The notes: generated by a model from the sequence alone, not told the origin. DNA of 64,000 nucleotides from Syntrophomonadaceae bacterium (GCA_012522955.1 JAAYJK010000026.1:1637-65636), one strand, 5' to 3'; shown: positions 48,224 through 58,388, numbered from the stretch's first letter. Numbers and translations: made by a program.

Positions 48224-48718
48224 TTATTTTACTACAACTTTACCTACCATTACTACATCATGATTGCAAACATAAATCTCGTCTCGGACTGGGAAGGCAA
48301 GGTTATCTGATACTCTCTCTACTTTAAACTGTACTGGAAAATTGTAGGCTGAAGCATCTATTTCCACTACATCTCCTGCCAAAAGCTTTAACTCCAGTTG
48401 CTTCTGCTCAAAGGCAGCAAATTTTTCACCGTTAACCAAAACGGAAGCCTTGGGTAAGGAAGAAAACTCCTCCAGGCTTAGCAGCAGGGCCGCATAAGGA
48501 GAATGGACCTCTCCTGTTTCTTCCTGGGGCTGGGAATGAACCGGATAGTCTATAGTCTGCCCTTCCAGACGTTCCCCCAGGCTGAGATATAAACGCATAT
48601 CATCATGGGTCATCAAACCCTGAACCACAATCAGAGTAATAAAAATAAGAGCCACCGAACGGATGAGATATTTTTCAACCTTCTCAATAAATCTCTTCAC
48701 CGGTATCCCTCCGCTCAT
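48224..48718 (-). CDS. hypothetical membrane-anchored protein
   Basis: 164 aa with one N-terminal TM helix (SVALIFITLIVVQGL) and a beta-rich C-terminal domain. GGAGGCATAATATAGAGGAG lies upstream. I do not recognise a family. Confidence 0.6.
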   Translation of the reverse strand: MSGGIPVKRFIEKVEKYLIRSVALIFITLIVVQGLMTHDDMRLYLSLGERLEGQTIDYPVHSQPQEETGEVHSPYAALLLSLEEFSSLPKASVLVNGEKFAAFEQKQLELKLLAGDVVEIDASAYNFPVQFKVERVSDNLAFPVRDEIYVCNHDVVMVGKVVVK

Positions 48719-48951
48719 TATTTCTCCTCTATATTATGCCTCCCAGCCTAAGAATATCCATGAAATTTTTAACTTGGTTCACTTATTGAGTGCAAGCACA
48801 ACAGCTCAAATATAGGACTTGACTTACAGCTGTTGTCGGAAGTAAACGTAACAGGCTCATTAAATCTTATCATCGGCAAGGACATCGAACAGCTGCTCAA
48901 AGAAATGGCAAAGATATAAAGCCCAGAATTTAACCTGAAAACACACATTAC

Positions 48952-48997
48952 AAAAGCACCAAACCCCAGCGCATGAATCCTGCGGGTTGGTGCTTTT
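48952..48997 (-). terminator. A/T-flanked stem-loop terminator downstream of the 150-aa ORF
   Basis: AAAAGCACCAA(A)CCC...GGGTTGGTGCTTTT with an inner GCA/TGC helix. Confidence 0.7.
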
Positions 48998-49027
48998 AAT
49001 CTTTCCATATCAGTTTGGGGGGATGGT

Positions 49028-49480
49028 TTACTTCCAATTCTCCATTCTTCTTTCCAGAACCCGCTTGAAATTCAGCAACTCTTCATTAACGTTCTGGATC
49101 AACCTAACTGTTTCCATCTGCGATAGTATAATCTGATCAGGGTCAACCATCTCAATGGTTCTAAACTCTTCTTTCATGGTAAATTTCACCGCATTCTCCA
49201 GGGAATCGGCACTAAACAGTATGGAAACTGGTGCATAATAGCTAACTCTATTGCTGTAATCATCTATTATAGTGTAGATTTCATGGTCCATATTAATATC
49301 CTCAATATTGATACCCTGAACCGGAATATTGCGCAGTAAGCTAACCTTTTGCTGCCTTAACTCTTCGGCCTGATCCTCGGAACCTTTGTTTCCAAAAAAG
49401 AGCTTGCCGCTTTTACTTTCAGCTACAAAATCCAACCGCATTTTAAATTTGAGCCTGGCCAATGCTTTACCTCCATCCAT
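49028..49480 (-). CDS. hypothetical protein
   Basis: 150-aa ORF with no TM helix and no recognised family. Alternative start: the TTG at 49462, 7 nt after GGAGG. Confidence 0.6.
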   Translation of the reverse strand: MDGGKALARLKFKMRLDFVAESKSGKLFFGNKGSEDQAEELRQQKVSLLRNIPVQGINIEDINMDHEIYTIIDDYSNRVSYYAPVSILFSADSLENAVKFTMKEEFRTIEMVDPDQIILSQMETVRLIQNVNEELLNFKRVLERRMENWK

Positions 49481-49586
49481 GAAGAATCTCCGACTGGCAA
49501 TTTTATCTATTATATCCTATTTGCCCAACTTTCGCATCTCTGCCGGTTTTATGAAGTCCGTTATGGGCACTAAACAAACTCAATGA

Positions 49587-50315
49587 TCATTTTCCTGTTA
49601 CTCCAGATTGGGCCAAGTCCAGCAAGCCCTTAACCTCACCGGGATGTAAATGACGGTATTCGCCCTCTTTAAGATTTCCCAAGACTAAAAAGGCTAAAGC
49701 GGTTCTTTTGAGGCTAATAACTGGGAAACCTACGTGGGCTAACATTCTCTTTACCTGCCGCTTGCGCCCTTCGTGTATTACCATTTCGATTAAGGTGGAT
49801 TGCAGATTAAGTTCCAATACCTTTACCGAGGCCCCAGAGGTCAATCCATCCTCCAATTCAACTCCCCGACTCAGCTGCCTTAAAGCCTTCTGGCTTAGGC
49901 GGCCCTTGACCAATGCCTGGTACTTCTTATCCACCTGATAACGAGGATGAATCATCTTATTGGTAAACTCCCCATCGTTGCTTAAGAGCAATAGGCCCCT
50001 GGTATCCAGATCCAGACGTCCCACCGGATACAATCGGCCTTGAATTCCCTTTAATAAATCCATTACCGTTGGCCGTCCCTGAGGATCGTAGGTACTGCTC
50101 AAATAACCCGCCGGCTTGTTTAAGATCAGATATATTTTGTTCTGGGGTTTAAGCATTTGACCATCAAACTCTATTATGTCCAGATCAGGGTCTATTACTC
50201 GTCCGGGCTCACTAACCAGCGCTCCATTTATGCTTATTCTTCCGTCGACTATTAATTTTTCTGCTTTACGGCGCGATGCCACTCCTGCATCGGCCAGGTA
50301 TTTTGCCAGTCTCAT
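49587..50315 (-). CDS. rluB: pseudouridine synthase (RsuA/RluB family, N-terminal S4 domain)
   Basis: 242 aa with 'RLAKYLADAGVASRRKAEKLI' (S4) and 'PVGRLDLDTRGLLLLSNDG'. Confidence 0.9.
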   Translation of the reverse strand: MRLAKYLADAGVASRRKAEKLIVDGRISINGALVSEPGRVIDPDLDIIEFDGQMLKPQNKIYLILNKPAGYLSSTYDPQGRPTVMDLLKGIQGRLYPVGRLDLDTRGLLLLSNDGEFTNKMIHPRYQVDKKYQALVKGRLSQKALRQLSRGVELEDGLTSGASVKVLELNLQSTLIEMVIHEGRKRQVKRMLAHVGFPVISLKRTALAFLVLGNLKEGEYRHLHPGEVKGLLDLAQSGVTGK

Positions 50316-50490
50316 TTATCCATCCCTACCTGCCTTTACGACTGCTATGGATTCTCTTACCCAGGCCACGGCTTGATAGCAGCAGTGTATTTTAAGCTCT
50401 TTATTAATATATCATTATTGATTCACCTGCCAAAACTCTAGCACAACTGGTTTGGATGCATTAGCAGGGGAATCATTATTTGAAACCTGG

Positions 50491-50526
50491 GGGAAAAAAA
50501 TAAGTGAGGTATTAATACCTCACTTA
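50491..50526 (-). terminator. terminator of the etf/Fe-S oxidoreductase operon
   Basis: TAAGTGAGGTAT-TA-ATACCTCACTTA (12 bp) followed by TTTTTTT on the minus strand. Confidence 0.8.
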
Positions 50527-50540
50527 TTACCAGCTAATCT

Positions 50541-52691
50541 TTATTTCTTTAATGATTGCCAGATTACCTCGGCCAGATCAAATACTTTGGTTTGTTCTTC
50601 TGCTTCGGAGGCTTTTACCCCGTCGGAAATCATAGTCAAGCAGAAGGGACAGTTAGTTACGATCATCTCTGGAGCGGGCTCCAGCAACTGATCGGTCCTG
50701 GTATCATTGATACGCTTGTAACCTTCAACCGCATCTTCTTCCAGCCACATGCGTCCACCTCCGGCTCCACAGCAGAAGCCAAAGTTTCTGGATTTCTCAA
50801 TCTCAACCAAATTAAGACCTGCAGCGGCCATTACCTTTCTGGGTTCATCATATACATCATTATGACGACCCAGGAAGCAGGAATCATGATAAGTGATTTT
50901 GGCTCCCAGACTACCTGGTTTTAACTTGCCTTCAGCAATGAGCTTGGCAAGAAATTCAGTGTAATGATATACTTCGTACTTGCCGCCCATCTGAGGATAC
51001 TCGTTCTTCAATGCGTTATAACCATGCGGACAAACCACGATGATCTTCTTAACCCCATAGTTATTGAATGATTCCAGATTTTGCTGTACCAGAGTTTGGT
51101 AAAGGTATTCATTACCCAACCTTCTGGCAGAATCACCGCAACAGAACTCTTCGGTTCCCAAATAACCAAAGGAAATTCCAGCTTCATTGAGCAATCTGAC
51201 TAGTGCTTCTCCAACTCTCTTATAGCGATCGTCAAAAGAAACCGCACATCCTGCATAGAGAAGATACTCAAATTCTTTACCATCTTCAGGCAAGAGATTA
51301 ACTAAATCTCTGACTCCTCTCTCATTGAGCCATTCCGCCCTTCCAGCCCAGCCTACGCCCCATGGATTATAGTTGCGTTCCATATTGGTAAAGGCTGCTT
51401 GGGCTTCTCCAGGCATATCGCCCTGCCACATAACCAGATTTCGGCGCATATCAACAATCTTAGGGATATGCTCAATGAACATGGGACAGTGTTCCATACA
51501 AGCACGGCAATTGGTGCAATCCCAGATTACCTCGCTAGTAACCACATCATAAAGCAGGCTCTGTTCCATAGGATTTACTGCTTCTTCAGCTTCTGCAGTC
51601 ATGGCTACCATCTCAGCTTCATCATGGTGATCAGCCTTGGCTGCGATCAGGTATGGGGCTTTGGCATCCAAATGCTCTTTCATGTGCTGTATAAGAGTAA
51701 TTTTGGGATTCAGATGTTTTCCAGTATTATAAGCCGGGCAATTCTCCTGGCATCTTCCACAGCGAATACAAGCATCTAAATCCAGCAAATCTTTCCAACC
51801 AAACTCTTCAATATTTTCAACACCAAAAGATTCGGCTTCCTCTATATTCTCTACCATGCGACATGCGGAAGGTTCCAGATCCCGGAAAGTATAATTCAGC
51901 ATGCTGGCTACTATATGCCACAGTTTGGTGAATGGAATAAGGGCAATAAACAAGAAGGCAATAGCCATGTGGAACCACCATAAGAAACGGTGCCACATCA
52001 GGATTGATCCCAGTTGCCCATTTACAAATGACTGGGTGTCTACAAACCACTGAGCGACAATCCAGCCAATAGGTGAGGCCTGTTGTTCATATGCAATCTG
52101 GGCCAGTGTAGTAGACTGAATAATCTGAGCTGCTATTCTTAATCCTTCAATAATATAACCGGTAAACAGTATAGTTATTATGAGTACCAATATCCATCCA
52201 TCGGAAGTTTTGGAATCATTGAGACGATCAGGTTTCTGTACATAGCGAACTACGGTCAAAACTAAAACTCCAACCAAAGCCAGAAATCCTAACACGTCAA
52301 CAACGGCTGAGAAGTATATATAGGAATTACCCTCTATATGGGGAAATCCCAACCAATAATGAGATGCGTCCACTCCAGCCGCTAACGCCAATACTAAAAA
52401 TCCCCAGAACAAAAGAAAATGCATCCACCCTGCCAACGGCTTTTTTATAACTTTGGCCTGAGCAAAGCTGTATTTCAGTAATGATACTATTCTCTCTCCA
52501 ACCCGGTCATTACGATGCAGTTCACCTTTAGCCAGGGTCCAAACCTGGAATCTCTTGTAAAATCCATAAAGTAGAAAACCAATGGGTATAAACATAAATA
52601 TATAAATCAGCCATTCGTAGGGAATGTTTGCCCCTACCATACGCATAGGGACATCATAGCCACCTTCTATTGGATGAAATCCAAAAATCAT
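50541..52691 (-). CDS. membrane-bound (Fe-S)-binding oxidoreductase: N-terminal multi-TM (cytochrome-b-like) domain fused to an HdrD/DsrK-like 2x[4Fe-4S] plus CCG domain
   Basis: 716 aa with about 6 N-terminal TM helices. Contains 'CIRCGRCQENCP', 'CTNCRACMEHCP' and two CCG-type motifs ('FCCGDS', 'FCCGAGGG'). Confidence 0.88.
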   Translation of the reverse strand: MIFGFHPIEGGYDVPMRMVGANIPYEWLIYIFMFIPIGFLLYGFYKRFQVWTLAKGELHRNDRVGERIVSLLKYSFAQAKVIKKPLAGWMHFLLFWGFLVLALAAGVDASHYWLGFPHIEGNSYIYFSAVVDVLGFLALVGVLVLTVVRYVQKPDRLNDSKTSDGWILVLIITILFTGYIIEGLRIAAQIIQSTTLAQIAYEQQASPIGWIVAQWFVDTQSFVNGQLGSILMWHRFLWWFHMAIAFLFIALIPFTKLWHIVASMLNYTFRDLEPSACRMVENIEEAESFGVENIEEFGWKDLLDLDACIRCGRCQENCPAYNTGKHLNPKITLIQHMKEHLDAKAPYLIAAKADHHDEAEMVAMTAEAEEAVNPMEQSLLYDVVTSEVIWDCTNCRACMEHCPMFIEHIPKIVDMRRNLVMWQGDMPGEAQAAFTNMERNYNPWGVGWAGRAEWLNERGVRDLVNLLPEDGKEFEYLLYAGCAVSFDDRYKRVGEALVRLLNEAGISFGYLGTEEFCCGDSARRLGNEYLYQTLVQQNLESFNNYGVKKIIVVCPHGYNALKNEYPQMGGKYEVYHYTEFLAKLIAEGKLKPGSLGAKITYHDSCFLGRHNDVYDEPRKVMAAAGLNLVEIEKSRNFGFCCGAGGGRMWLEEDAVEGYKRINDTRTDQLLEPAPEMIVTNCPFCLTMISDGVKASEAEEQTKVFDLAEVIWQSLKK

Positions 52692-52784
52692 TCTACAATT
52701 CCCTCCTTAAATACAGCTGGCTTTACTGGATATACCATTTGGTATATCCAGTAAAAACCTTTTCCTCACCCCTGCCCAGAATGA

Positions 52785-53741
52785 CTATTTTTTCAGTTCT
52801 GTACAAAGTGTAGGTATTACTTTAAATAAATCTGATACTACTCCGAAATCTGACACATTGAATATGGGAGCTTCCGGGTCAGTATTAATAGCTGCAATAA
52901 ACTTGGAGGAGGACATACCAGCCAAATGCTGGATAGCACCGGAAATACCGGCTGCAATATACAGATTCGGGCAGACTACCTTCCCAGTCTGACCTACCTG
53001 CAGTTCATGTCCCAGCCATCCTGAGTCGATTGAAGCACGGGATCCACCAACAGCGGCTCCCAGCATGTCAGCCAGATTCTCAACCAGCTTAATCCCGTCC
53101 GGTCCCTTACATCCACGTCCACCGGAAACTACAGTCTCAGCTTCAGTCAGATCTGGTCTGGCTGAAACGGTGGGAACAAATGATTTAATATTCTGGTATA
53201 CATCTGCATCAGTAGCAGCTATAGCAGGCTTAACCACTGCTCCAGCACCGGCTGCTTCAGCTACTTCCATAACTCCAGCGCGAATGGTGGCCAGAACAGG
53301 GCTGGTTGCCACTTCAACTTTAGCTATTGCTTTACCGGCATAAATAGCTCTGGTAAATACACCTTTGCCTGCTGAAAGTTCAACCGCAATAGCATCAGTT
53401 GCCAATCCGGCTTCAAGTTTCTGAGCCAAGCGGGAAGCGAAATCCCGACCATTAAAGGTATGAGCAAAGAATACTGCATTGGGCTTATATTCTGCAATCA
53501 TAGCAGCTAACTGAGCTACATAAGCACCAGTGTTATATTCAGCAAATAAATCGCCTTCAACTACGTATACCTTGTCAGCACCGTATTTTGCAAACTCGGG
53601 AGCTAGTCCCTCAACGTTTTTACCAAAAACAACTGCACCAACTTCATCGCCAATTTTTTTAGCTTCTGACAGCATTTCGAAAGTGGCCTTACGAATATTG
53701 CCGTCTCTTTGTTCTACAATTACCCATGTTTCTGACATCAA
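52785..53741 (-). CDS. etfA: electron transfer flavoprotein alpha subunit
   Basis: 318 aa with 'YIAAGISGAIQHLAGM'. Confidence 0.93.
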   Translation of the reverse strand: MMSETWVIVEQRDGNIRKATFEMLSEAKKIGDEVGAVVFGKNVEGLAPEFAKYGADKVYVVEGDLFAEYNTGAYVAQLAAMIAEYKPNAVFFAHTFNGRDFASRLAQKLEAGLATDAIAVELSAGKGVFTRAIYAGKAIAKVEVATSPVLATIRAGVMEVAEAAGAGAVVKPAIAATDADVYQNIKSFVPTVSARPDLTEAETVVSGGRGCKGPDGIKLVENLADMLGAAVGGSRASIDSGWLGHELQVGQTGKVVCPNLYIAAGISGAIQHLAGMSSSKFIAAINTDPEAPIFNVSDFGVVSDLFKVIPTLCTELKK

Positions 53742-53780
53742 TTACCCTCCTTTTATTAATAAGTATAGGTGTAAGCACAA

Positions 53781-54539
53781 CTATTTAACTTCAATTTTAA
53801 CGGTATTTAGCATCCAGTCCGCCAATTTAGCAGCACATACATCAGGTTCATCCTCGATCTTAACTCCAGCCTGCTTGGCAGGTGGCATACCATACTCGAC
53901 AATGGTAACCTTGTTGTCAGCTGCAACTGCATCAACGGTGGCAACTGGTTTCTTCTTAGCCTGCATGATACCCTTCATGGAAGGATAACGAGGTTCATTC
54001 CAGCTTACCTGAGATGAAATAACCGCCGGCAGGGTAATTTCTGCTACCAGAGTTCCGCCGTCAGCTTCACAGGTACAGGTTGCTTTCCCATCAGCAACTT
54101 CCACATTGGTGATAACGTTGATATGGGGAAGTCCCAGAATTTCTGCGATACGAGTGGGAACCTGTGATGAACCATCATCAGCGGCAACGTGTCCAGCCAG
54201 TATGATATCAGGGTTTTCATCTTTAATAGCGGCAGCCAGAGCAATTGCTCTTGCATATTCATCTGCACCGGTGTCCTGCTTTAGCAGAATACCCCGGTCG
54301 GCACCCATGGCCAGAGCTGTACGAATAGCATCCATAGCCTTGTCAGATCCTGCAGATAATACAACTACTTCATCTACAACTTTCTTTTCCTTTAGTTGAA
54401 TGCCACCCTCTACAGCAACTTCATCATACGGGTTAATGATTAGATTAATACCTGCATCTGCTATTTTGCCATCCTTTAATTCAATTTTGGCTTCGGTGTC
54501 AAATGTCTGCTTAACACAAACTAGAACCTTCAAGTCCAT
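53781..54539 (-). CDS. etfB: electron transfer flavoprotein beta subunit
   Basis: 252 aa with 'VLVCVKQTFDTEAK' and 'NPYDEVAVE'. Confidence 0.93.
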   Translation of the reverse strand: MDLKVLVCVKQTFDTEAKIELKDGKIADAGINLIINPYDEVAVEGGIQLKEKKVVDEVVVLSAGSDKAMDAIRTALAMGADRGILLKQDTGADEYARAIALAAAIKDENPDIILAGHVAADDGSSQVPTRIAEILGLPHINVITNVEVADGKATCTCEADGGTLVAEITLPAVISSQVSWNEPRYPSMKGIMQAKKKPVATVDAVAADNKVTIVEYGMPPAKQAGVKIEDEPDVCAAKLADWMLNTVKIEVK

Positions 54540-54740
54540 TCCTCCTTTTCATCTGATAATTGTTCTTTTATAACTCTCTACTTACTCCAGAGTACCGTGA
54601 TAGTATCCATCACCCCCATGAAATTAATATATATATTCTTATTGCCTACGGCAGTTTACCGCCAATATGATTATAAACCCATATCCAATTATTATTTCGA
54701 TGCCCATCCAACTTTTCCTGCTTATCTCGGTATTTCGACT

Positions 54741-54860
54741 TTATTTTTGGTATTTCCGGACTATCTCCAAACGGGTGTTGTGGGCCGGAAATAAATCGCT
54801 GAGCCAACATCCAATCCATCCCGGTGAATATGCTGGATAGATCTCTTTGATAAAGCTCAT
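54741..54860 (-). CDS. possible 39-aa small ORF in the hemL-etfB intergenic region
   Basis: AGGAGGGGG lies 9 nt upstream of the ATG. Sequence MSFIKEIYPAYSPGWIGCWLSDLFPAHNTRLEIVRKYQK. A possible TTGCAG-16-TATCAT promoter lies upstream. No family recognised. Confidence 0.25.
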   Translation of the reverse strand: MSFIKEIYPAYSPGWIGCWLSDLFPAHNTRLEIVRKYQK

Positions 54861-54985
54861 AAAAAGCCCCCTCCTGCTTGCTATGATATCAGAATACGGG
54901 TAAGCTGCAATGAGTTAATCCAACTCTTTATATAATTTAACAGTCGACTCAATTTAGTTACTCAAACCTCCCGAGCCAGTTTTAT

Positions 54986-56293
54986 TCAGCCCAGCTGGCT
55001 AATATATAATGCTTTTTCTACTGCCTGCAGGGTTTCCTCGATGTCCTTTCTACTATGGGCAGTAGATATAAAACAAACTTCAAACTGTGAAGGTGGAAAA
55101 TAAACTCCTTCCTCCAACAATACTCGGTAAAATTTACTAAATCGGACCGTGTCACTGCTCACCGCAGCGCTATAGTTTCTAACCTCTTCTCGGATAAAAA
55201 ACAAAGAAAACATTGAACCCCAATGGTTTAATCTGTAATCAAGACCCTGATTCTGCAAGAGCTCTATGATACCCTGGCTAAGAAGACCACCCAGTTCTTC
55301 CAGATCAGTATAGTAGTCATTATCTCTTAGAATCTGTAAAGTAGCCAAGCCAGCCGCCATGGCCAGTGGATTGCCGGATAGGGTCCCGGCCTGGTACACA
55401 TCACCCGCCGGAGCTACCCTTTCCATGATGTCCCTGCGGCCGCCATAGGCCCCAACTGGCAGGCCTCCTCCAATTATCTTGCCCAGTGTCGTTATATCCG
55501 GTTTAATATCGATTAGATTCTGATAAGCTCCATAGCAGGTTCTAAAACCGCTAATAACCTCATCAAAGATGAGTAAAGTTCCATAATGTTCTGTAATTTT
55601 ACGTAGTTCCACCAGAAATGCCGTATCAGGGACAATTAATCCCATATTGCCAGCTATAGGCTCCACAATTACCGCGGCAATATCCTGGCCCCATTGCTCG
55701 AATATATCCTGTAGACTATCTATGTCATTATACCCTGTCACCAGGGTGTTTTTGACATAATCCACGGGGATTCCCGGACTGGTAGGAACTCCGGCAGTTA
55801 ATAATCCGGAACCAGCCTTAATTAAAAAAGAATCGGCATGTCCATGATAACAACCTTCGAATTTCAGTATCTTGTCCCGCCCGGTAAAGGCCCGGGCCAA
55901 CCTGGCGGCACTCATGGTAGCCTCAGTACCAGAGTTTACCATCCTAAGCTGTTCGATTGAAGGTATAGCCTGAGATATTAATTGGGCCAATTCAACTTCT
56001 TTTTCGCAGGGAGCTCCATAACTAGTTCCCCGTTCTGCCGCCTGACAAAGAGCCTTTACAATTTGGGGATGGGCATGTCCAAGAATAAGCGGTCCCCATG
56101 AGCAGACATAATCAATATAGCTGTTGCCATCAATATCATATATCTGTGACCCTTGAGCTCTTTCAATAAAGAGCGGATCCAAACCTACCGCTTTAAATGC
56201 CCGAACTGGACTATTTACTCCACCCGGCATTACTTTCTGGGCCTCAGCAAATCTTTGCTTGGATTTAATAGTTTCTTTCACTGCTTGCCTCAT
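54986..56293 (-). CDS. hemL: glutamate-1-semialdehyde 2,1-aminomutase
   Basis: 435 aa with '[12 protein letters not shown]', 'DEVISGFR' and '[11 protein letters not shown]'. Confidence 0.95.
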   Translation of the reverse strand: MRQAVKETIKSKQRFAEAQKVMPGGVNSPVRAFKAVGLDPLFIERAQGSQIYDIDGNSYIDYVCSWGPLILGHAHPQIVKALCQAAERGTSYGAPCEKEVELAQLISQAIPSIEQLRMVNSGTEATMSAARLARAFTGRDKILKFEGCYHGHADSFLIKAGSGLLTAGVPTSPGIPVDYVKNTLVTGYNDIDSLQDIFEQWGQDIAAVIVEPIAGNMGLIVPDTAFLVELRKITEHYGTLLIFDEVISGFRTCYGAYQNLIDIKPDITTLGKIIGGGLPVGAYGGRRDIMERVAPAGDVYQAGTLSGNPLAMAAGLATLQILRDNDYYTDLEELGGLLSQGIIELLQNQGLDYRLNHWGSMFSLFFIREEVRNYSAAVSSDTVRFSKFYRVLLEEGVYFPPSQFEVCFISTAHSRKDIEETLQAVEKALYISQLG

Positions 56294-56403
56294 CTCCTTT
56301 GCAAGATGGTTAATTACTCATTTAACACTTGTCTGCCTGGGAAGGTAGTCATGTAAATACTAAGCAGTCACTGTCGTTAACTTTAGCTCTGCACTTGGAG
56401 CAA

Positions 56404-56874
56404 TTAATAATAGCGCATACTGGTTTTCTTTAATTCCTTGATGCTTTTCAGCACTACATATTCATAAATTTCAGTTTCTTTAACAATTCTATCAATAATG
56501 CTTTGCAGTTCTTTCTCGCTTCGGGCGTGTATCATGGTAAATAAAGGATAGTTAAAACTGGGCAGTACTTCCCGCCAATAACAATGGCTAATCTCTTTAC
56601 AAGCGGCCATTATAGCCCCAACTTTATCAGCACTAAGGGCATCTACTCTCCAGGCCACCATGGCATTTACCCCATACCCTGCTTTTTGATGGCGTAAAAC
56701 TGCCCCCATCCTTCTAACTGTACCATTTTTAAGCATTTTGTTAATTCGTTCCACTACTTCCTCTTCCGAGATCCCCTGAACCTCAGCCCAACTCTTATAA
56801 GGATGTTGGGATAGGGGCAAATCATCTTGAAGTAATTTAATTATATTTTCGTCCAATTTGTCCATATTTATCAA
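56404..56874 (-). CDS. siroheme decarboxylase subunit (AhbA/AhbB, NirD/L/G/H-like Lrp/AsnC fold)
   Basis: 156 aa with 'LLQDDLPLSQHPYKSWA'. Paired with a paralog upstream. Confidence 0.75.
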   Translation of the reverse strand: MINMDKLDENIIKLLQDDLPLSQHPYKSWAEVQGISEEEVVERINKMLKNGTVRRMGAVLRHQKAGYGVNAMVAWRVDALSADKVGAIMAACKEISHCYWREVLPSFNYPLFTMIHARSEKELQSIIDRIVKETEIYEYVVLKSIKELKKTSMRYY

Positions 56875-56875
56875 T

Positions 56876-57331
56876 TCAATCCATTCCTAAGATCACTTTA
56901 ATCTTATAGGTTTTTAGGGCGGGCATACACAAAATTATAATATGAAACTGATCCTGCAGTTCCTTGATAATTCTTCCTCTCTCCTCCGGGCTGGGAGTGG
57001 TCAGTGTGAACCAGAGATTTAACTCATGATCCCGGACATAATTATGGGTAATATAGGGTATATTATTAACCACAGCCGCAAATTTATCTATGGATTCTTC
57101 CGGCATAGTACAGGCACACAGGGTAGAAGTGTAGCCCATCTTGTTAGCCTCTACAATGGCTCCTATTCGCCTTATAATTCCATTTTCCTTTAGTCGCTTG
57201 ATTCTTTCCGCTATATCTGACAAATCAGTATCCAAAGCTTCTGCCAGGTCCTGAAAGGGATCCATGGTAATCGGAAAGTCATTCTGCAGCATGTCCAGCA
57301 GTTTTCGATCCAGATCATCCAGTTTATTCAT
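56876..57331 (-). CDS. siroheme decarboxylase subunit (AhbA/AhbB family), paralog
   Basis: Start set to the ATG at 57331 (MNKLDDLDRKLLDMLQNDFPI), which overlaps the stop of the upstream rSAM gene by 8 nt. Confidence 0.75.
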   Translation of the reverse strand: MNKLDDLDRKLLDMLQNDFPITMDPFQDLAEALDTDLSDIAERIKRLKENGIIRRIGAIVEANKMGYTSTLCACTMPEESIDKFAAVVNNIPYITHNYVRDHELNLWFTLTTPSPEERGRIIKELQDQFHIIILCMPALKTYKIKVILGMD

Positions 57332-58367
57332 GGTTTCCAGCCCCTTTCGGCCTGTACAGACACCACTCATCTTCTGCCATATAATCATTATTACTGTAAT
57401 AGTAGGCCCGAGCCCTGCAGCCGCCACATTTGAGTTTATATTCACATATTCCGCATTTACCGCCATAATCCATGGTCCTTAAATCCAATAAGAGTTTATT
57501 GCTCTTCCATATTTCATCAAAGGCTTGATCCCGCACATTGCCCAGGGGAATATCCAGATAAGCGCAGGGCTGCACATCTCCCCGGGGACTAATAATGCAG
57601 TAACTGATTCCAGCTAGACAGCCCCGGCTGAAACGAAGCTTCATTCCCATCATCTCAGCTATTCTAATAAACTGGGGAGCACAGGTGGGCTTAATCTCGA
57701 TATCCACCTCTTGCTGTTTTTTCATCAGCCTTTTAATGGTCTTTTCATAGACTTGTACTCTTAGCGCTTCTTCTTCAATATTAATGGCTCGACCAGTAGG
57801 AACCAGGAAAAATACATGGTAAGCCACTGCCCCCAGCTCAATGGCATAATCGCACAGAGCCTCTATTTCATCCACGTTCCAGTCCATTACCGTAGTGTTT
57901 ATCTGTACTGGTATACCGGCTTCCTGAAGGTTTTTAATGCCCTCAATAGTCTTAGCAAAGGCCTGGGGCAATCCTCTAAAGGCATCATGTTTATCAGCAT
58001 CCAGGCTATCCAGGCTAACTGCAGCCGCCATAATACCGGCTTGCTTTAGCTTTTGAGCTACGGAAGGGCTTATTAGGGTGCCATTGGTACCCATAACCGC
58101 TCGCAGACCGGTTTCTGTGGCATAGGCTACTAGTTCATAGATATCCGGTCTCATGACCGGCTCCCCTCCGCTGAAAATCATTATTTTAAAACCCGCCTGC
58201 TTGATCTCCCTGATCATTTTACGGGCTTCAGCGGTGGACAGTTCCTCCTCAAGGCGGGCTCCGGCATCTCGATAGCAGTGTTCACAGTATAAATTGCATT
58301 GATTAGTACTGTTCCAAGATATTAACATAATTCTCTGATAGAATTGACTACCAGTATTCACCTCCAC
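57324..58367 (-). CDS. NirJ-like radical SAM/SPASM enzyme of the alternative heme pathway (AhbC or AhbD type)
   Basis: 347 aa with 'CNLYCEHC' (CX3CX2C), 'HVFFLVPTGR' and a C-terminal Cys cluster 'CGICEYKLKCGGCRARA'. Confidence 0.8.
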   Translation of the reverse strand: MEVNTGSQFYQRIMLISWNSTNQCNLYCEHCYRDAGARLEEELSTAEARKMIREIKQAGFKIMIFSGGEPVMRPDIYELVAYATETGLRAVMGTNGTLISPSVAQKLKQAGIMAAAVSLDSLDADKHDAFRGLPQAFAKTIEGIKNLQEAGIPVQINTTVMDWNVDEIEALCDYAIELGAVAYHVFFLVPTGRAINIEEEALRVQVYEKTIKRLMKKQQEVDIEIKPTCAPQFIRIAEMMGMKLRFSRGCLAGISYCIISPRGDVQPCAYLDIPLGNVRDQAFDEIWKSNKLLLDLRTMDYGGKCGICEYKLKCGGCRARAYYYSNNDYMAEDEWCLYRPKGAGNHE

Positions 58368-58388
58368 ACCTTTTTGCTATAGCATCTA

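Noticed and set aside
48769-49008. 79-aa minus-strand ORF in the spacer between the 150-aa and 164-aa ORFs.
   Set aside because: It starts inside the terminator hairpin (48952-48997), has no SD and has an implausible Cys/Ser/Phe-rich composition.
54597-54794. 65-aa plus-strand ORF in the hemL-etfB spacer.
   Set aside because: It has a GTG start without an SD and lies on the strand opposite to all neighbours. It overlaps the better-supported minus-strand 39-codon ORF and has no family resemblance.
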